Part shown: positions 31,832-41,851 of the stretch, piece after piece
How the letters are laid out: each line of letters begins with the position of its first letter
Numbering within the stretch: the stretch's first letter is position 1
Assembly (NCBI GenBank): GCA_963749495.1
Contig: CAVVMW010000023.1
Span: forward strand, 320,001-384,000
Origin: an uncultured bacterium
GTDB taxonomy: Bacteria; Verrucomicrobiota; Verrucomicrobiia; Limisphaerales; UBA8199
Length of the DNA: 64,000 bases
Direction: 5' to 3'
Position numbers and translations under genes: made by a program
The notes under the pieces: generated by a model
The model's database searches: none
What the model was told of the DNA's origin: nothing
The model's input: only the letters and a program-made list of their open reading frames with translations

Positions 31832-32251
31832 GTGACCCTGAAGACTTTCAGGATTTCAGAGACTATCGCCAGGTTCCAGGGCCGCGACCTGGACGCGCAC
31901 TACCTGGCCTTTTTCGAGTGCTTTAACCAGCAGCTCTTCTTCGAGGCCCACGAGGTGCTCGAACCGCTCTGGCTGGAGCGCCGGCACGGGCCGGCCGGAC
32001 CCTTCTACAAGGGCCTCATCCAACTGGCCGGCGCCTTCGTCCACCTCCAGAAAGACCGGCTCCGGCCCGCAGCCGCCCTGTTCCGGCTGGCCGGGGCCAA
32101 TCTCCAGAAATGTCCGCGCACACTGGACCTGTTGGATGTCGAGGCGGTGAAATGCGCGATTGCGCGATGGCTGCGCGAGCTGGAGGCCGGGGCATTCACG
32201 ACCAACCCGCTGGCCGCAACCCAACCGCCCCAGTTGCATTTGCAGGGGTAG
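31832..32251 (+). CDS. DUF309-family protein
   Basis: FNQQLFFEAHEVLEPLW...YKGLIQLAGAFVH. Confidence 0.88.
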   Translation: MTLKTFRISETIARFQGRDLDAHYLAFFECFNQQLFFEAHEVLEPLWLERRHGPAGPFYKGLIQLAGAFVHLQKDRLRPAAALFRLAGANLQKCPRTLDLLDVEAVKCAIARWLRELEAGAFTTNPLAATQPPQLHLQG

Positions 32252-32257
32252 CAGATA

Positions 32258-32397
32258 GAGCCTGTCCAAAAAGCTCTGATTCCGTACCTTTGTCGCAGCG
32301 TTTGTCGGCACCTTTGTCGAGAAATCGCCAATCCGACAAAGGTCTCGACAAAGGCTGCGACGAAGGCCCCCGCTCGCGGGGTTCTTGGGGCAGGCTC
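32258..32397. mobile_element. MITE with GAGCCTG ends and TA flanks carrying inverted 12-mer arrays
   Basis: TA-GAGCCTGTCC...GGGCAGGCTC-TA; internal CTTTGTCG x3 and CGACAAAGG-like x3. Confidence 0.8.
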
Positions 32398-32401
32398 TAG
32401 C

Positions 32402-33037
32402 TTAGCCTTCCGGGTTGTCCAGAAGGTTCTGCAGCCGGGCGCGCATCGCCGGGGGCAGGCGGGGACACCATGAGGCGTCCACCAGGCCGACATCAATCAT
32501 ATCGCGCAGGTGGGTGCGGTCTTTGTCCCGGAACGAAGTCAGTTTCATTCGGACCAGAGCTTCCAGCGTCACGATTCGGAAGGATTCGGTGGCCTCGGAC
32601 TCATCCACGTCGGGCGAGGGCGCGATGGAGTCCGGCTGGACTTTCTCTCCGGCAAAGACCACGTGGACGGCGTCACGCGCGCGCGCCTGGGGCCCATCCA
32701 GGAACATGTCCAAGCCCGCCACGTGGCGGTGCACAAAGCCCGCGCGCGCCATCGCCTCCTTGGCCGCGGGCAGGTCCGCTCGGCGCAACAGGAGGTCCAC
32801 GTCCCGGGTATTGCGCACCGCGGCCTCTTCCACGCGCGAGACCCACGCCGCCACGGCATTGCCGCCAACCACGGCGTACGGCACCCGCGCCGCCTCAAGA
32901 GCGGCGACCGCTCTGCGCAACCGTTCACGCACCTTCTCCACCGCTCGGATCATCCTCTCCCAGGAAACCGGCCCATAGGGCGGCGCCGTTCCCGGCTTGC
33001 AGGCAAGCGCCGCGGCTGCCTTTGGGTTCGCCGACAT
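32402..33037 (-). CDS. nucleotidyltransferase-family protein
   Basis: YAVVGGNAV...RNTRDVDLL...LVRMKL...RDKDRTHL. Confidence 0.85.
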   Translation of the reverse strand: MSANPKAAAALACKPGTAPPYGPVSWERMIRAVEKVRERLRRAVAALEAARVPYAVVGGNAVAAWVSRVEEAAVRNTRDVDLLLRRADLPAAKEAMARAGFVHRHVAGLDMFLDGPQARARDAVHVVFAGEKVQPDSIAPSPDVDESEATESFRIVTLEALVRMKLTSFRDKDRTHLRDMIDVGLVDASWCPRLPPAMRARLQNLLDNPEG

Positions 33038-33201
33038 GCCCGCTACGCTAACAGAGCCGCCTTGCCAAGTCCACCCTGGCCCTAAGGGGTCAACGACAAT
33101 CTCATTTACTGATCCCTTTCCGCCTGCCAGCATGGGGCCGCGATGAACGGGACCCAAGACCAATTCTCCCTTACCCGCGCGGCGCCCAAAAGCAGTTTCC
33201 T

Positions 33202-34313
33202 ATGAGCTCCAATCATGAACGTGGGCATGGGTTCTTGGCCGGGCTTTGGCTGCCATTCGTTTGGCTTCTGGTGGGATGCGCTGCCCCGCGAATGGAATTC
33301 GTCCGCGTCGCCCCCGACAACAAGAGCTTCATCCTCGCCCATTCCAACAAGCCCTTTATCCCCTGGGGCCATAATTATGGAGTTAACGAGCCGGGGCAGA
33401 GCGGCAAAATGGACTGGCCCCGCATTTCCCGCGACTTCGACAACTTCCACAAAATGCGCGCCAACGTCGCCCGGGTCCACCTGCAGGTTCCCCACTACAT
33501 GGATGGTCCCGACAAACCCAACGCGGGGGCCTTGGCGGAACTTTCCCAACTGCTCAAGCTGGCCGAGGAGAAGGGCATTTACCTCGACATCACAGGGCTG
33601 GCATCCTACCATATCAAGCATCGGGCACCCTGGTACGATGCGCTGGCCGATAAAGACCGCTGGGCCGCCTAGGCGTGCTTCTGGGAAGCCGTGTCCGAGA
33701 CCTGCGCCAAGAGCCCCGCCGTTTTCTGCTATGACCTGGTCAACAAACCGGTCGCCGGCGGCAAGCGCAAAGACGGCTGGTATGCCGGGCGGATGGGCGA
33801 TTACGAGTTCGTCCAGAGCCTGAGCCTCGATCAGGGCGACCGTCCCCAGCCTGAGATCGCCAAAGAATGGACGCACATCATGGTCTGCGCCATCCACAAA
33901 CACGACCAGGTTCACCCCATCACCATCGGCATGCTTCCGGCCTGGGCCCTCCGCCCAAAGTCGTAGGGCCGGAACTCGATTTCATCGCCGTCCACATCTA
34001 TCCGAGCAGCGGGAAAGTCGCCGACGCCCTCACCAATCTCAAGCAATTCGACATCGGCAAACCGATCGTGGTCGAGGAAACCTTTCCCCTGAGCTGCGGG
34101 GTGAGCGACGAACGCGATTTTCTCCTGCAATCCCGGGGCATCGCCGCCGGCTGGATTGGGCAATACCCCGACGAAACCCCCGATCAACTCCTCGCCCTGC
34201 AACGCTCCGGCAAGATCACCCCCGCCCAGGCCGCCTATCTCGCCTGGATCGAACTCTTCCGCCAGCTCGGCCCCCAGATGCTCCGCCCGGGAAGCTCGAC
34301 CGGCCAGAAATGA
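33202..34313 (+). pseudogene. GH5/cellulase-like TIM-barrel glycoside hydrolase (lipoprotein), disrupted
   Basis: FIPWGHNY, ANVARVHLQ, HIYP, VVEETFP; in-frame TAG at 33670, NEP changed to NKP, frameshift near 33955. Confidence 0.75.
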
Positions 34314-34325
34314 ATTACGCACTTA

Positions 34326-34418
34326 TTCAGGGCCAGAGGATGACGATCGGTCGGTTTGCGCTCTTCACCCAATATTCAATGCCCCGGGGAGCGATACAAA
34401 TCACGCCAAAACGTTCAC
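34326..34418 (-). pseudogene. remnant of the toxin partner of the DUF433 gene (internal deletion)
   Basis: GTGA overlap start VNVL, then only a short C-terminal piece GVICIAPRGIEYW. Confidence 0.4.
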
Positions 34419-34680
34419 GCGGCTGCTTCAACATCCTCCGCCAGACGGCCGGCTCGATCCAACAGCGCGCGGCGGGCAAGCCGCACGGCCTCGGCGACCG
34501 CCTCCTTGGTTATCTTGCCGTCTCCCCAGCGGTAGCAGATGAAGTCCCACGCAAGCCCGTGCTCCACGTCGGCCAATACGTCAGCAACCGTCACTCGCGT
34601 GCCCTTGAAGGTCGGTCTTCCTCGGCAGATCCTGGGGTCAGCAACGATAAATTGGCCAAGGTCCGCCGCGTTGTTTTCAT
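34415..34680 (-). CDS. DUF433 antitoxin-like protein
   Basis: IVADPRICRGRPTFKGTRVTV; likely ATG 34680 is out of frame by one base. Confidence 0.85.
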
Positions 34681-34738
34681 GCGTCCAGTATGCCACGATG
34701 CCTTCGGCTCTGTCAAAACCATCGTCGCCAACACAGTT

Positions 34739-34827
34739 CAGCCTTCCGGGTTGTCCAGAATGTTCTGAAGCCGGGCGCGCATCGCCGGGGGCAGGCGGGG
34801 GCACCATGAGGCGTCCACCAGGCCGAC
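34739..34827 (-). pseudogene. 3' remnant of a paralog of the 32402-33037 nucleotidyltransferase gene
   Basis: About 87-bp near-identical direct repeat of 32405-32491. Confidence 0.85.
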
Positions 34828-34947
34828 CTAAATCAGCGCGCCAACCGGCCCACCCGGGTAGGCGGAGCTACGTTTATGACGATCTCAATGACCCCTTTCG
34901 GTCGATCCTCCCCCTCCAGTCACCCACAAGTTCCTTGGAGGCTGCTC

Positions 34948-35598
34948 CTAACTCTGCCATTGCTTTTCCCTCCTCAATTTCCTGTTCTTGAGAAAGTAGT
35001 CCAGGTCTTGAAGCCACTGCTCAGTCTTCGCTGTCGTCTTAAGGGCATTGTTCTTGATGAAATTCTCCAGCTTCGTCTTGTCCCAGCCATCCATCTTTCC
35101 GTCATCGAGTCCTTGGAACAGCGCCTCCTTTCCAGGGTTTGCGTCCAGCAGGCCGTGAAGTACCCTTCGCGCGTGGTCAGAAGATACACGGTGGTAAATC
35201 GTGGCACACGCCTCCGCTATTTCTTCGTCGGAGGCACCAAGTTTTTTCAACGTGTTCGCGATTTTTTCGACTCGCTCCAACTTGTACTTCAGTGGGATAT
35301 ACTGCGTCATTCTACCGGAAACCGCCAATTCGTCCACAATTGGGCTGGTCAGAGACAGACCCAATTCCTTGAGCTGCTCGATGGCAGCGTACGCCTCGTT
35401 TACTGCCGACTTCAGCTCCGCCTCTATACCGGCTCCCTTGAAGCGTGAAAACTTGTCGATATTTGCAAAACAGAGTGCCAGGCCGATTGCGCTTGCGACT
35501 ACTGCCATCTCTTTTGCCCCTCGGAAGATACCGAGAAGAACGGGAACAATCACCAACGCAACGATCAGGGTTTTGGTCATGTCGTTCATGTTCGGCAC
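34948..35598 (-). CDS. hypothetical membrane protein (two N-terminal TM segments), lower GC
   Basis: 216-aa ORF with atypical codon use. Confidence 0.7.
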   Translation of the reverse strand: MPNMNDMTKTLIVALVIVPVLLGIFRGAKEMAVVASAIGLALCFANIDKFSRFKGAGIEAELKSAVNEAYAAIEQLKELGLSLTSPIVDELAVSGRMTQYIPLKYKLERVEKIANTLKKLGASDEEIAEACATIYHRVSSDHARRVLHGLLDANPGKEALFQGLDDGKMDGWDKTKLENFIKNNALKTTAKTEQWLQDLDYFLKNRKLRREKQWQS

Positions 35599-35871
35599 CT
35601 TATCACCGGGGGAACCCGCCTCGGTTACAAACTGAGATCATGTTCGGAATGGAGGTCGGCGTGGCGGAGGGGGACGCGGTGGCTCAAACTCGTCCGCAAA
35701 CACGCCGCCGTGACCTCCTGGGAGTCGCCCCTGATGGCCTGTCCGCCTTCAGGTCGTTGGACACGGGAATACGGTCAACCCATAGCATGGTCCGCCCCGT
35801 CCTGGAACCACACCAAGCCGAATCAATCTCGTTGACTCGCCCCCTTTCCGAGAGGAGAGGCGAGATATTGA

Positions 35872-36213
35872 TCATGGCGGGGGAAGAATTCTCTCAATTT
35901 CGACAACGAGTGCGGGCAAATGGCGTTGGGCCACGTCCCAGACAGTCTCCTGGTCCATGGCGTTATAGCCGTGGATCAGACGATTCCGGAAACCGATAAT
36001 GCGCGGCGCCTCGGGAAATTGCGCGAACGTCTCCGCGTCCGTCTCACGCAAGCGCACAAACGCTTCGCCCAAGACCTCAAACTGCCGCTCGACCGCGGAA
36101 CGGGTCCGCAGGTCTGCCAGATATTCGGCAAAGCTCATGCCGTGGACAAATCCCTGGATAGCCCGGCCCGCTTGCAGGATGTCAAACAGGAGCTTGTGCG
36201 TCGCTTCGGTCAT
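35872..36213 (-). CDS. HepT-like (DUF86) HEPN ribonuclease toxin
   Basis: AVERQFEVLGEA; RNRLIHGY (Rx4H). Confidence 0.92.
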   Translation of the reverse strand: MTEATHKLLFDILQAGRAIQGFVHGMSFAEYLADLRTRSAVERQFEVLGEAFVRLRETDAETFAQFPEAPRIIGFRNRLIHGYNAMDQETVWDVAQRHLPALVVEIERILPPP

Positions 36214-36529
36214 AAATTGGTACGCGCGTTGCGTCCACCGTCTTTCGGAAATACGGATTGCGAATGGACCGTTCTGTAACCAGATCCACTGGCCTGCCAA
36301 AGACCCGTTCCAACCCCTCGGCCAGGTCCATATAAGCATCAAAGACGCCTCCTTCTGGAAACTGACCGAAAATGACGAGGAAATCCAGGTCGCTCACTTC
36401 CGGTCGAAATCTGTCCGAGGCGGCGGAGCCGAAGAGATAGAGAGTAACCACGTTGGCGCGGCGGCAGAGCGAATCGATCTGTTCGCGCTTTGCTTCGAAC
36501 TCTGATGCGATAGCGGGGTTAAGCCGCAT
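36182..36529 (-). CDS. MNT (minimal nucleotidyltransferase) antitoxin
   Basis: LYLFGSA...SDLDFLV...GRPVDLV...NPY; overlaps the HEPN gene. Confidence 0.92.
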   Translation of the reverse strand: MRLNPAIASEFEAKREQIDSLCRRANVVTLYLFGSAASDRFRPEVSDLDFLVIFGQFPEGGVFDAYMDLAEGLERVFGRPVDLVTERSIRNPYFRKTVDATRVPIYDRSDAQAPV

Positions 36530-36624
36530 ATTCGGGAGCTTTTCGGGCGCCGGCGCGGCCGTTGGCCGCGCCAGGCAACATTTCATGGCACACTAGCCTC
36601 GATGGACCGTGCTCATCAAGCAAG

Positions 36625-39600
36625 TCAGAACCTGACCGTGGCGGTCTGGGCGGGTTGTATCGTGACGGGTCCGAGGAGGCCGGACTCGACCAGGGGGTCG
36701 TTCTTTTTCCACAGGCGCCAACTGGTGAAGGTGAAGCGGCCGGTGGGGCTGGGCTTGCCTTGGGCGAGCCACTGCGGCCACGACTTGAGCGTGCCCTCGG
36801 GGTTGCGGTCGCTGTCCTCGGGGAGTTGTTCGTCGCCGATCTGGCGGTTGATCCAGAGATTGACGACCTTGATTTCGAGGGCGTTTTCGCCGGGCCTGGC
36901 AGCGTCGGTGATGTCCACCCGGAACGGGGGTTTCCACAGGATGCCAAGGGAGCGGCCGTTCAACGTCACTTCCGCCATGACGGCGACCTTGCCCAGGTCC
37001 AGGCAGAGGCGGCGTTGAGCGCCAAGCAGGCCCGCCGGAACCTCGAACTTCTTGCTGTAGGCGGCGGTGCCTGAAAAGTACTTCACGCCCGGCTCGCTGT
37101 GTTCGCTCCAGGAGATCAAATGGTCGAGCGTCACGCGCTCGGGAGCCCCCCAATTCGGGGGGAAACGGAGATCCCAGGGTCCCTGGATCTCGATTGGGGC
37201 GGGCAGAGCGGCGATGTCGAGGTTGCACGTCTTTCCGCCGGCGCTCTTGAGCGCATAGGCCCCTGGGGCCGAGACCACCGCTTCGATTGCCCCACTCCGA
37301 TTCCGCGCCAGGCAAATGGCTTGCGCGGGCTGCGCGGCCGCGCCCTTGGCAGCGCCGGGGCCCGGACCAGCAGCGGTGTCGAGCACGACCTGGCCGTCGC
37401 GCGTCACGGAGACAACGCGGTCGGACTCCGGCTTGCCTTTGCGGAAGATGACAAAGACCGAACCGTAAGGGTCCAGTCGAAGGGGAACGCGGGTGACGCC
37501 TCCCGCTGTGTCATAGACTGCCGCCCGCTCGATGCGGCCCGTGTCGGGCCACCAGAATTCCGGGCGCCGGCCGCTCACGCGGAACGAGCAGAGGGCCTCT
37601 TCGGGCTGGAGATTCTTGTTGGCCACGAAATAGACGTCCTCGCCCTCGATGGTGCGATGGATATAGCGCAGGCTGTCGGGGGCGTAGCGGGTGCTGCAAC
37701 TGAAATCGGGCGGCACGCCATGTTGCTCGAGCAACCGGCAGAGCAGAGCGGCATCGGGAATCGGGTCCGGGCCGGTGCCCGCTGCAGTGACATCGCCCCA
37801 GGGCGCCATGCCCAGCGGCCCCAGTTCCATGGCCGCGGACCAAGGGCCGGCCACCGACGCGGCCGTTTGGCTCAGCCAATCGGCCGGCACCGTCTGCGCC
37901 GCTTCCCAGTGGGCGTCGGTAGGCACCTCGACCAGATGGCCGGCGCCGTAATCGATGCGCAGCAGCGCGATCAGGCCGGCCGGATTCGGAGCGCTGCCCC
38001 CGTTGACGGCCTCGACGGAGATTACGTTTGTCCCGGGCTTGAGGAGCGAAGTGACATTCATCCGATACGTACGGCTGAAGTTGTCGCCGGCCCCCGCGGG
38101 CCGGCCGTTGATCCAGCACTCGAAGGAATTGTCGGCGGTCATGGCCAGGGTGGCGGAGGCGACGCGGCTGGCGTCGTCGAAGGCCAGGGCGCGGCGGAAG
38201 TAGCGTTTGCCGGGCGGGACTGCGGCGGCGGGATTGCCCTCTTTGAACCAGATCCATTGCGCGGCGCCCAGGGGCCGCTCGGCGGGCCCCGGGACGGGGG
38301 ATTGGCGCCGGAACTCTCCGCCCCAGAGCAACCGGCCCTTGCCGAAGGGACGCTCGGTGACCTCTGCCGGGGAGTCGCCGGTGCCCCAGAGTTCGTCCGC
38401 CAGGGCCTTGACCTGCTGGTCACATTTGGGGTAGCCGCTCAGGCTGGGGGACTTGAAGGGCGGGGCGCCGACCACTGTGGCGCCTGCGGCAACCAGGTCC
38501 TTGATCTTGCCCAGCAGCCGCGGGGTCATGGCGCCCGCCTGCGGCAGCACCAGCCAGCGGTAGCTCATCCCATCGGGCAGCACCAAGCGGCCATCGCGGA
38601 CGGCCATGCGCGTGAGCAGGGCCTCCGGCGGGCAGCCGTCGAAGTTGTAGCCCGGGCGGTCGTAACCGGACTTGACCGGGGACTTGAAGCGTTGCGGGGA
38701 GGCCTCCGGTTCGAGGAAACAGAGGTCGGCCACGAAGCGCCCTTGCTGGAGCAGGAATTGGCAGCGGGCCAGGTACTGGTGCCAGGCGCGCGATTGCTCC
38801 CACCAGGTCTGCGTGCGCTCATAGTGCAGGCCCCAGGGTCCCATCGACATGCCGGGCCGCGCATCGGTCCATGGCTGGAGGGCGTAACGGTGAAAGACGA
38901 ACCGGTTGATGCCCTCGCAGAAGGCCCAATCGCCAAGGTCCTTGATATAAGCCGGGTGCCCCTGCCACTTCTCGGCGTCGGTAGCCGTGAAGGCCTCCGC
39001 GCCCAAGATGCGTTTGCCATAGACATGCGCCGCGCTGGCCATCTCGGTGCAACTGTAAGCGGCGCCGAATTTGGTCCAGGACCAAAACTCGGCCATCGGC
39101 TCGTCGGCGCGCCCCGCGTAAGTCATGTCGTCGGCCGGTTCGCCGTCATAGGCCTCGATCGAGAGCCGGATGCCGTGCCGGCGCGCCATCTGCTGGAAGC
39201 GCCCGGCATAATTCTCGACCAGCAAATCATTGACCGTCATGCGCACGTCCCAAAGGAACCGTTCGGACACCTCGAGGCTCTCGACCACATGGCCCGCCAT
39301 GACCGGCAGGTACGGAAACGGGTCGTAGCCCCGGAGCCGCTGGAACTGCTCCCGGAACTTCGGGGTCCAGTTCTGCGAACCGACCTCCCAGCTATCAATG
39401 TGGGTCGAGACCAGCGTCTTGGCCTCGCCGACCAGGCCTTTGGAATCCTCGATGACCTTCTGCATCAGCCCCGCGAAGGCCGCCTCGGCCGCCTCGGCAC
39501 TGAGCTTGTCGCACTCCAGGCCGCGCCCGGCGATGGGCGCCGGGTGATTGTCCTTGCCGGTGGTGGTGTGGCCCAGGCGCAGGAGGGTCCAATTGCCCGC

Positions 39601-40332
39601 CGGCACCTCCCAGGCCAGGCGCCCGGCAGCGTCGAGCTGGCCGGTCAGGTCCACGATGCGCTCGCGCGGCACGATCGCCTCGGCAGGCAGGACCGGGTAG
39701 GCGCTTTGCAGCGGGATGGCCTCGGGCACGGCGGCGGATTTGCCGGCCAGCCTCGGGATGACATAATCGCTGGGCGGCGTGGGAAAGGCGAACACGGCGA
39801 TGTTGCCGTAGTAGTTACTGACCGTTTCAGGTTGCGGCAGCGCCCCCTCGAACCGTTTGGGGCCCGTGACTTTCGTCTCGGTCCAGACCACGCGCTGCAT
39901 GGAGAGTTCCGGGGTAATCCAGGGCCCGCCGCTGCCGCACCAGCCGGCGTCGTTGTTCATGTTCACCTCCAGGCCGAGGCGGTGCGCCTCGGCGCAGATG
40001 TGCTGGAAGAGGCCGCGCCAGAGAGGGCCGCCAAAGGCCGCCGGGCCCCGCGGCGCGCCCTGGTCGGTCTCCATGTAGAGCACGCCTCCGATGCCGGCGC
40101 GCGCCATGGCCTCGAGATCCAGCGTGATGCCGTTGCTGCTGATGTTGCCGTCCAGGGGAAACCAATAGACCCACGGCCGCGCCGAGGCCGGCGGCTGGAT
40201 GAAGCCGGACTCGAGTTTGTCGGCGGCGGCAGCCACCGAGGCCGCGGCGAGCGCGGCGGCAAGGACCAGGAGGATGCCGGGGCGAGGGGCGAGGGGCGAG
40301 GGGCGCAAGGCCAGGGGCGGTGATGAATTCAT
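36625..40332 (-). CDS. secreted glycoside hydrolase, GH106 alpha-L-rhamnosidase-like
   Basis: ARPWVYWF, GWCGSGGPW, GLECDKL, HIDSWE, PMAEFW, GAEAFT, SGLLGPV. Confidence 0.9.
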   Translation of the reverse strand: MNSSPPLALRPSPLAPRPGILLVLAAALAAASVAAAADKLESGFIQPPASARPWVYWFPLDGNISSNGITLDLEAMARAGIGGVLYMETDQGAPRGPAAFGGPLWRGLFQHICAEAHRLGLEVNMNNDAGWCGSGGPWITPELSMQRVVWTETKVTGPKRFEGALPQPETVSNYYGNIAVFAFPTPPSDYVIPRLAGKSAAVPEAIPLQSAYPVLPAEAIVPRERIVDLTGQLDAAGRLAWEVPAGNWTLLRLGHTTTGKDNHPAPIAGRGLECDKLSAEAAEAAFAGLMQKVIEDSKGLVGEAKTLVSTHIDSWEVGSQNWTPKFREQFQRLRGYDPFPYLPVMAGHVVESLEVSERFLWDVRMTVNDLLVENYAGRFQQMARRHGIRLSIEAYDGEPADDMTYAGRADEPMAEFWSWTKFGAAYSCTEMASAAHVYGKRILGAEAFTATDAEKWQGHPAYIKDLGDWAFCEGINRFVFHRYALQPWTDARPGMSMGPWGLHYERTQTWWEQSRAWHQYLARCQFLLQQGRFVADLCFLEPEASPQRFKSPVKSGYDRPGYNFDGCPPEALLTRMAVRDGRLVLPDGMSYRWLVLPQAGAMTPRLLGKIKDLVAAGATVVGAPPFKSPSLSGYPKCDQQVKALADELWGTGDSPAEVTERPFGKGRLLWGGEFRRQSPVPGPAERPLGAAQWIWFKEGNPAAAVPPGKRYFRRALAFDDASRVASATLAMTADNSFECWINGRPAGAGDNFSRTYRMNVTSLLKPGTNVISVEAVNGGSAPNPAGLIALLRIDYGAGHLVEVPTDAHWEAAQTVPADWLSQTAASVAGPWSAAMELGPLGMAPWGDVTAAGTGPDPIPDAALLCRLLEQHGVPPDFSCSTRYAPDSLRYIHRTIEGEDVYFVANKNLQPEEALCSFRVSGRRPEFWWPDTGRIERAAVYDTAGGVTRVPLRLDPYGSVFVIFRKGKPESDRVVSVTRDGQVVLDTAAGPGPGAAKGAAAQPAQAICLARNRSGAIEAVVSAPGAYALKSAGGKTCNLDIAALPAPIEIQGPWDLRFPPNWGAPERVTLDHLISWSEHSEPGVKYFSGTAAYSKKFEVPAGLLGAQRRLCLDLGKVAVMAEVTLNGRSLGILWKPPFRVDITDAARPGENALEIKVVNLWINRQIGDEQLPEDSDRNPEGTLKSWPQWLAQGKPSPTGRFTFTSWRLWKKNDPLVESGLLGPVTIQPAQTATVRF

Positions 40333-40514
40333 GGTTAGGCGGCGCAGAGGGTTGGGTTGCATCCGATTCGGTTCACGCGCCGAAGTCTTACCAAAGGCCG
40401 TTCGCTGGTCAACTGTTACGTGGCGCTGATGTAGGTCGGGTGGTCAGCACGCCATGTTGAATTCCCGCCGAGGTGCCGACTTGGGAATGGATCGCTGCGC
40501 CGGGCCTGAGGCAT

Positions 40515-40721
40515 GCCCCGAAGAAGGTGTGAAAAAATGCCAAAACGGACAACATCCCCGAAAACATCCCCCTGTTTTCCTCGGGATTTTGAAGATTTTT
40601 GCGGTCCTTGGCGCCAGAAATCGATTTTTCCACACCTTCGAAGGGCCATCCGAGAATGGCCCAAGGGTTCAACCTTGGGATCCGGCCGAGGACGGACCGA
40701 GTCCCGAACGGACGGCGGAAA
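40515..40721 (+). repeat. left arm of a split REP doublet (interrupted by a MITE)
   Basis: GCCCCGAA[MITE]GGGCCATCCGAGAATGGCCCAAGGGTTCAACCTTGGG...CCGAGTCCCGAACGGACGGCGGAAA. Confidence 0.8.
40523..40639. mobile_element. MITE inserted in a REP loop
   Basis: TIR GAAGGTGTGAAAAAAT / GAAGGTGTGGAAAAAT; GAA duplicated on both sides. Confidence 0.82.
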
Positions 40722-40890
40722 TGACCTTCTCATCGGCCCTCCGGGCGCAGGCAAATCCATGCTGGCCAATCAATTGGCCACGATTCTGCCGCCGCTCACG
40801 CTCGAAGAGGCCCTGGAGACGACCAAAATTCACAGCATCGTTGGCCTGCTCGCGCCCGGCAAGGCGCTGGTGACCCAACGCCCCTTCAGA
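40714..40890 (+). pseudogene. comM: comM/yifB fragment (downstream part, Walker A)
   Basis: [44 protein letters not shown]...RPFR. Confidence 0.9.
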
Positions 40891-41041
40891 GGATCCCGGC
40901 ATCGGCCAGAAACCGATCCAAATCAAATGCCACGCCGAGGCGGGCGTCGGCGGGTCGCTTTCCCAGCCAGTCGTGGAACGGTTCGGATGGCGTGCTCAGC
41001 GGCATCAAGCCGGAAAGGATGAAGGATGAAGGATGAAGTGA

Positions 41042-41851
41042 TCATTGGGCGAGCACTCTTTTTAAGGCCGCCCACTCGGGGAGGAGGGCGATAGCGCCAT
41101 CAGGATGATTAAGCACCCAGTTTCTGAGGTGGTTCCTGAGGCGGCCAGGGGACTCGAAGCCGATTCTGCGGGCTATGTATGTCAGGAGGTCTTTTCCGGA
41201 AAACCAGACAAGGATGCTGGTGACATCCAAACAGGCAAGTCTGGTTCGGTAATGATCGAAACTCAGCCGGAGCGCCTCCTCGGCAAAAGCAGCAGCAACG
41301 GGTTGGATGAATTCCCGGGCCGAGGTGGAAATCCAGGTCCAGTTGGCCGGTTCGGATGTGTCCTGGGGCAGCGCAAACTCGCCCTGCAGGTTGGGCGGGT
41401 GGGTTTCCAATTGCCTCGAAGGCGGAAGCCTGGACCTGACTTGGCCGATGGCCCAGCGGGCCGCCTGATAATTTGCGAGTTCCTGTCCTGCTTCTAGGAG
41501 AAAACCCTCCAGTTCTGCCCTGGGCTTTTCCAGGGCTGTTGCTGCCAGGGCCGGTTCCAGGAGGTAGCACTCGATGCAGTGCCGGAACCAGCGCCAGCCT
41601 ACCAGGACACCGCTCCGGGGCGTGGTGATCGGCGTGGGCACGTGGGGTGCGGCTTCGCTCGGCTCGAAATCAAAGTCCCTATCACGGAGGAAGAAGATGG
41701 AATTGTTCTCGGTCTCCTCCCGCTCGCGCACCACGATCCCTTGGAGACCGTACTTGGTCCCGCGCTTTTCAACGGCCGGTCCTCCTCCTAAAATGACGGT
41801 CAAGAGTTCCTGGTCGAGCTCGCCCTCAACAAAGAGGAGATTCACAGGCAT
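41042..41851 (-). CDS. TOPRIM-like nuclease (DUF4435/AriB-like)
   Basis: LFVEGELD...FLRDRDFD...HCIECYLL...SGKDLL; overlaps the ATPase stop. Confidence 0.75.
   Translation of the reverse strand: MPVNLLFVEGELDQELLTVILGGGPAVEKRGTKYGLQGIVVREREETENNSIFFLRDRDFDFEPSEAAPHVPTPITTPRSGVLVGWRWFRHCIECYLLEPALAATALEKPRAELEGFLLEAGQELANYQAARWAIGQVRSRLPPSRQLETHPPNLQGEFALPQDTSEPANWTWISTSAREFIQPVAAAFAEEALRLSFDHYRTRLACLDVTSILVWFSGKDLLTYIARRIGFESPGRLRNHLRNWVLNHPDGAIALLPEWAALKRVLAQ

Noticed and set aside
34828..35870. Integron cassette or attC sites around the lower-GC orphan
   Set aside because: A GTTGGAC is present near 35756, but there is no convincing paired R''/L boxes and no integrase
37099..40323. Long antisense or alternative-frame ORFs (also 9847-11619, 29143-31251, 56438-58246)
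   Set aside because: Shadow ORFs of high-GC genes with no recognisable motifs
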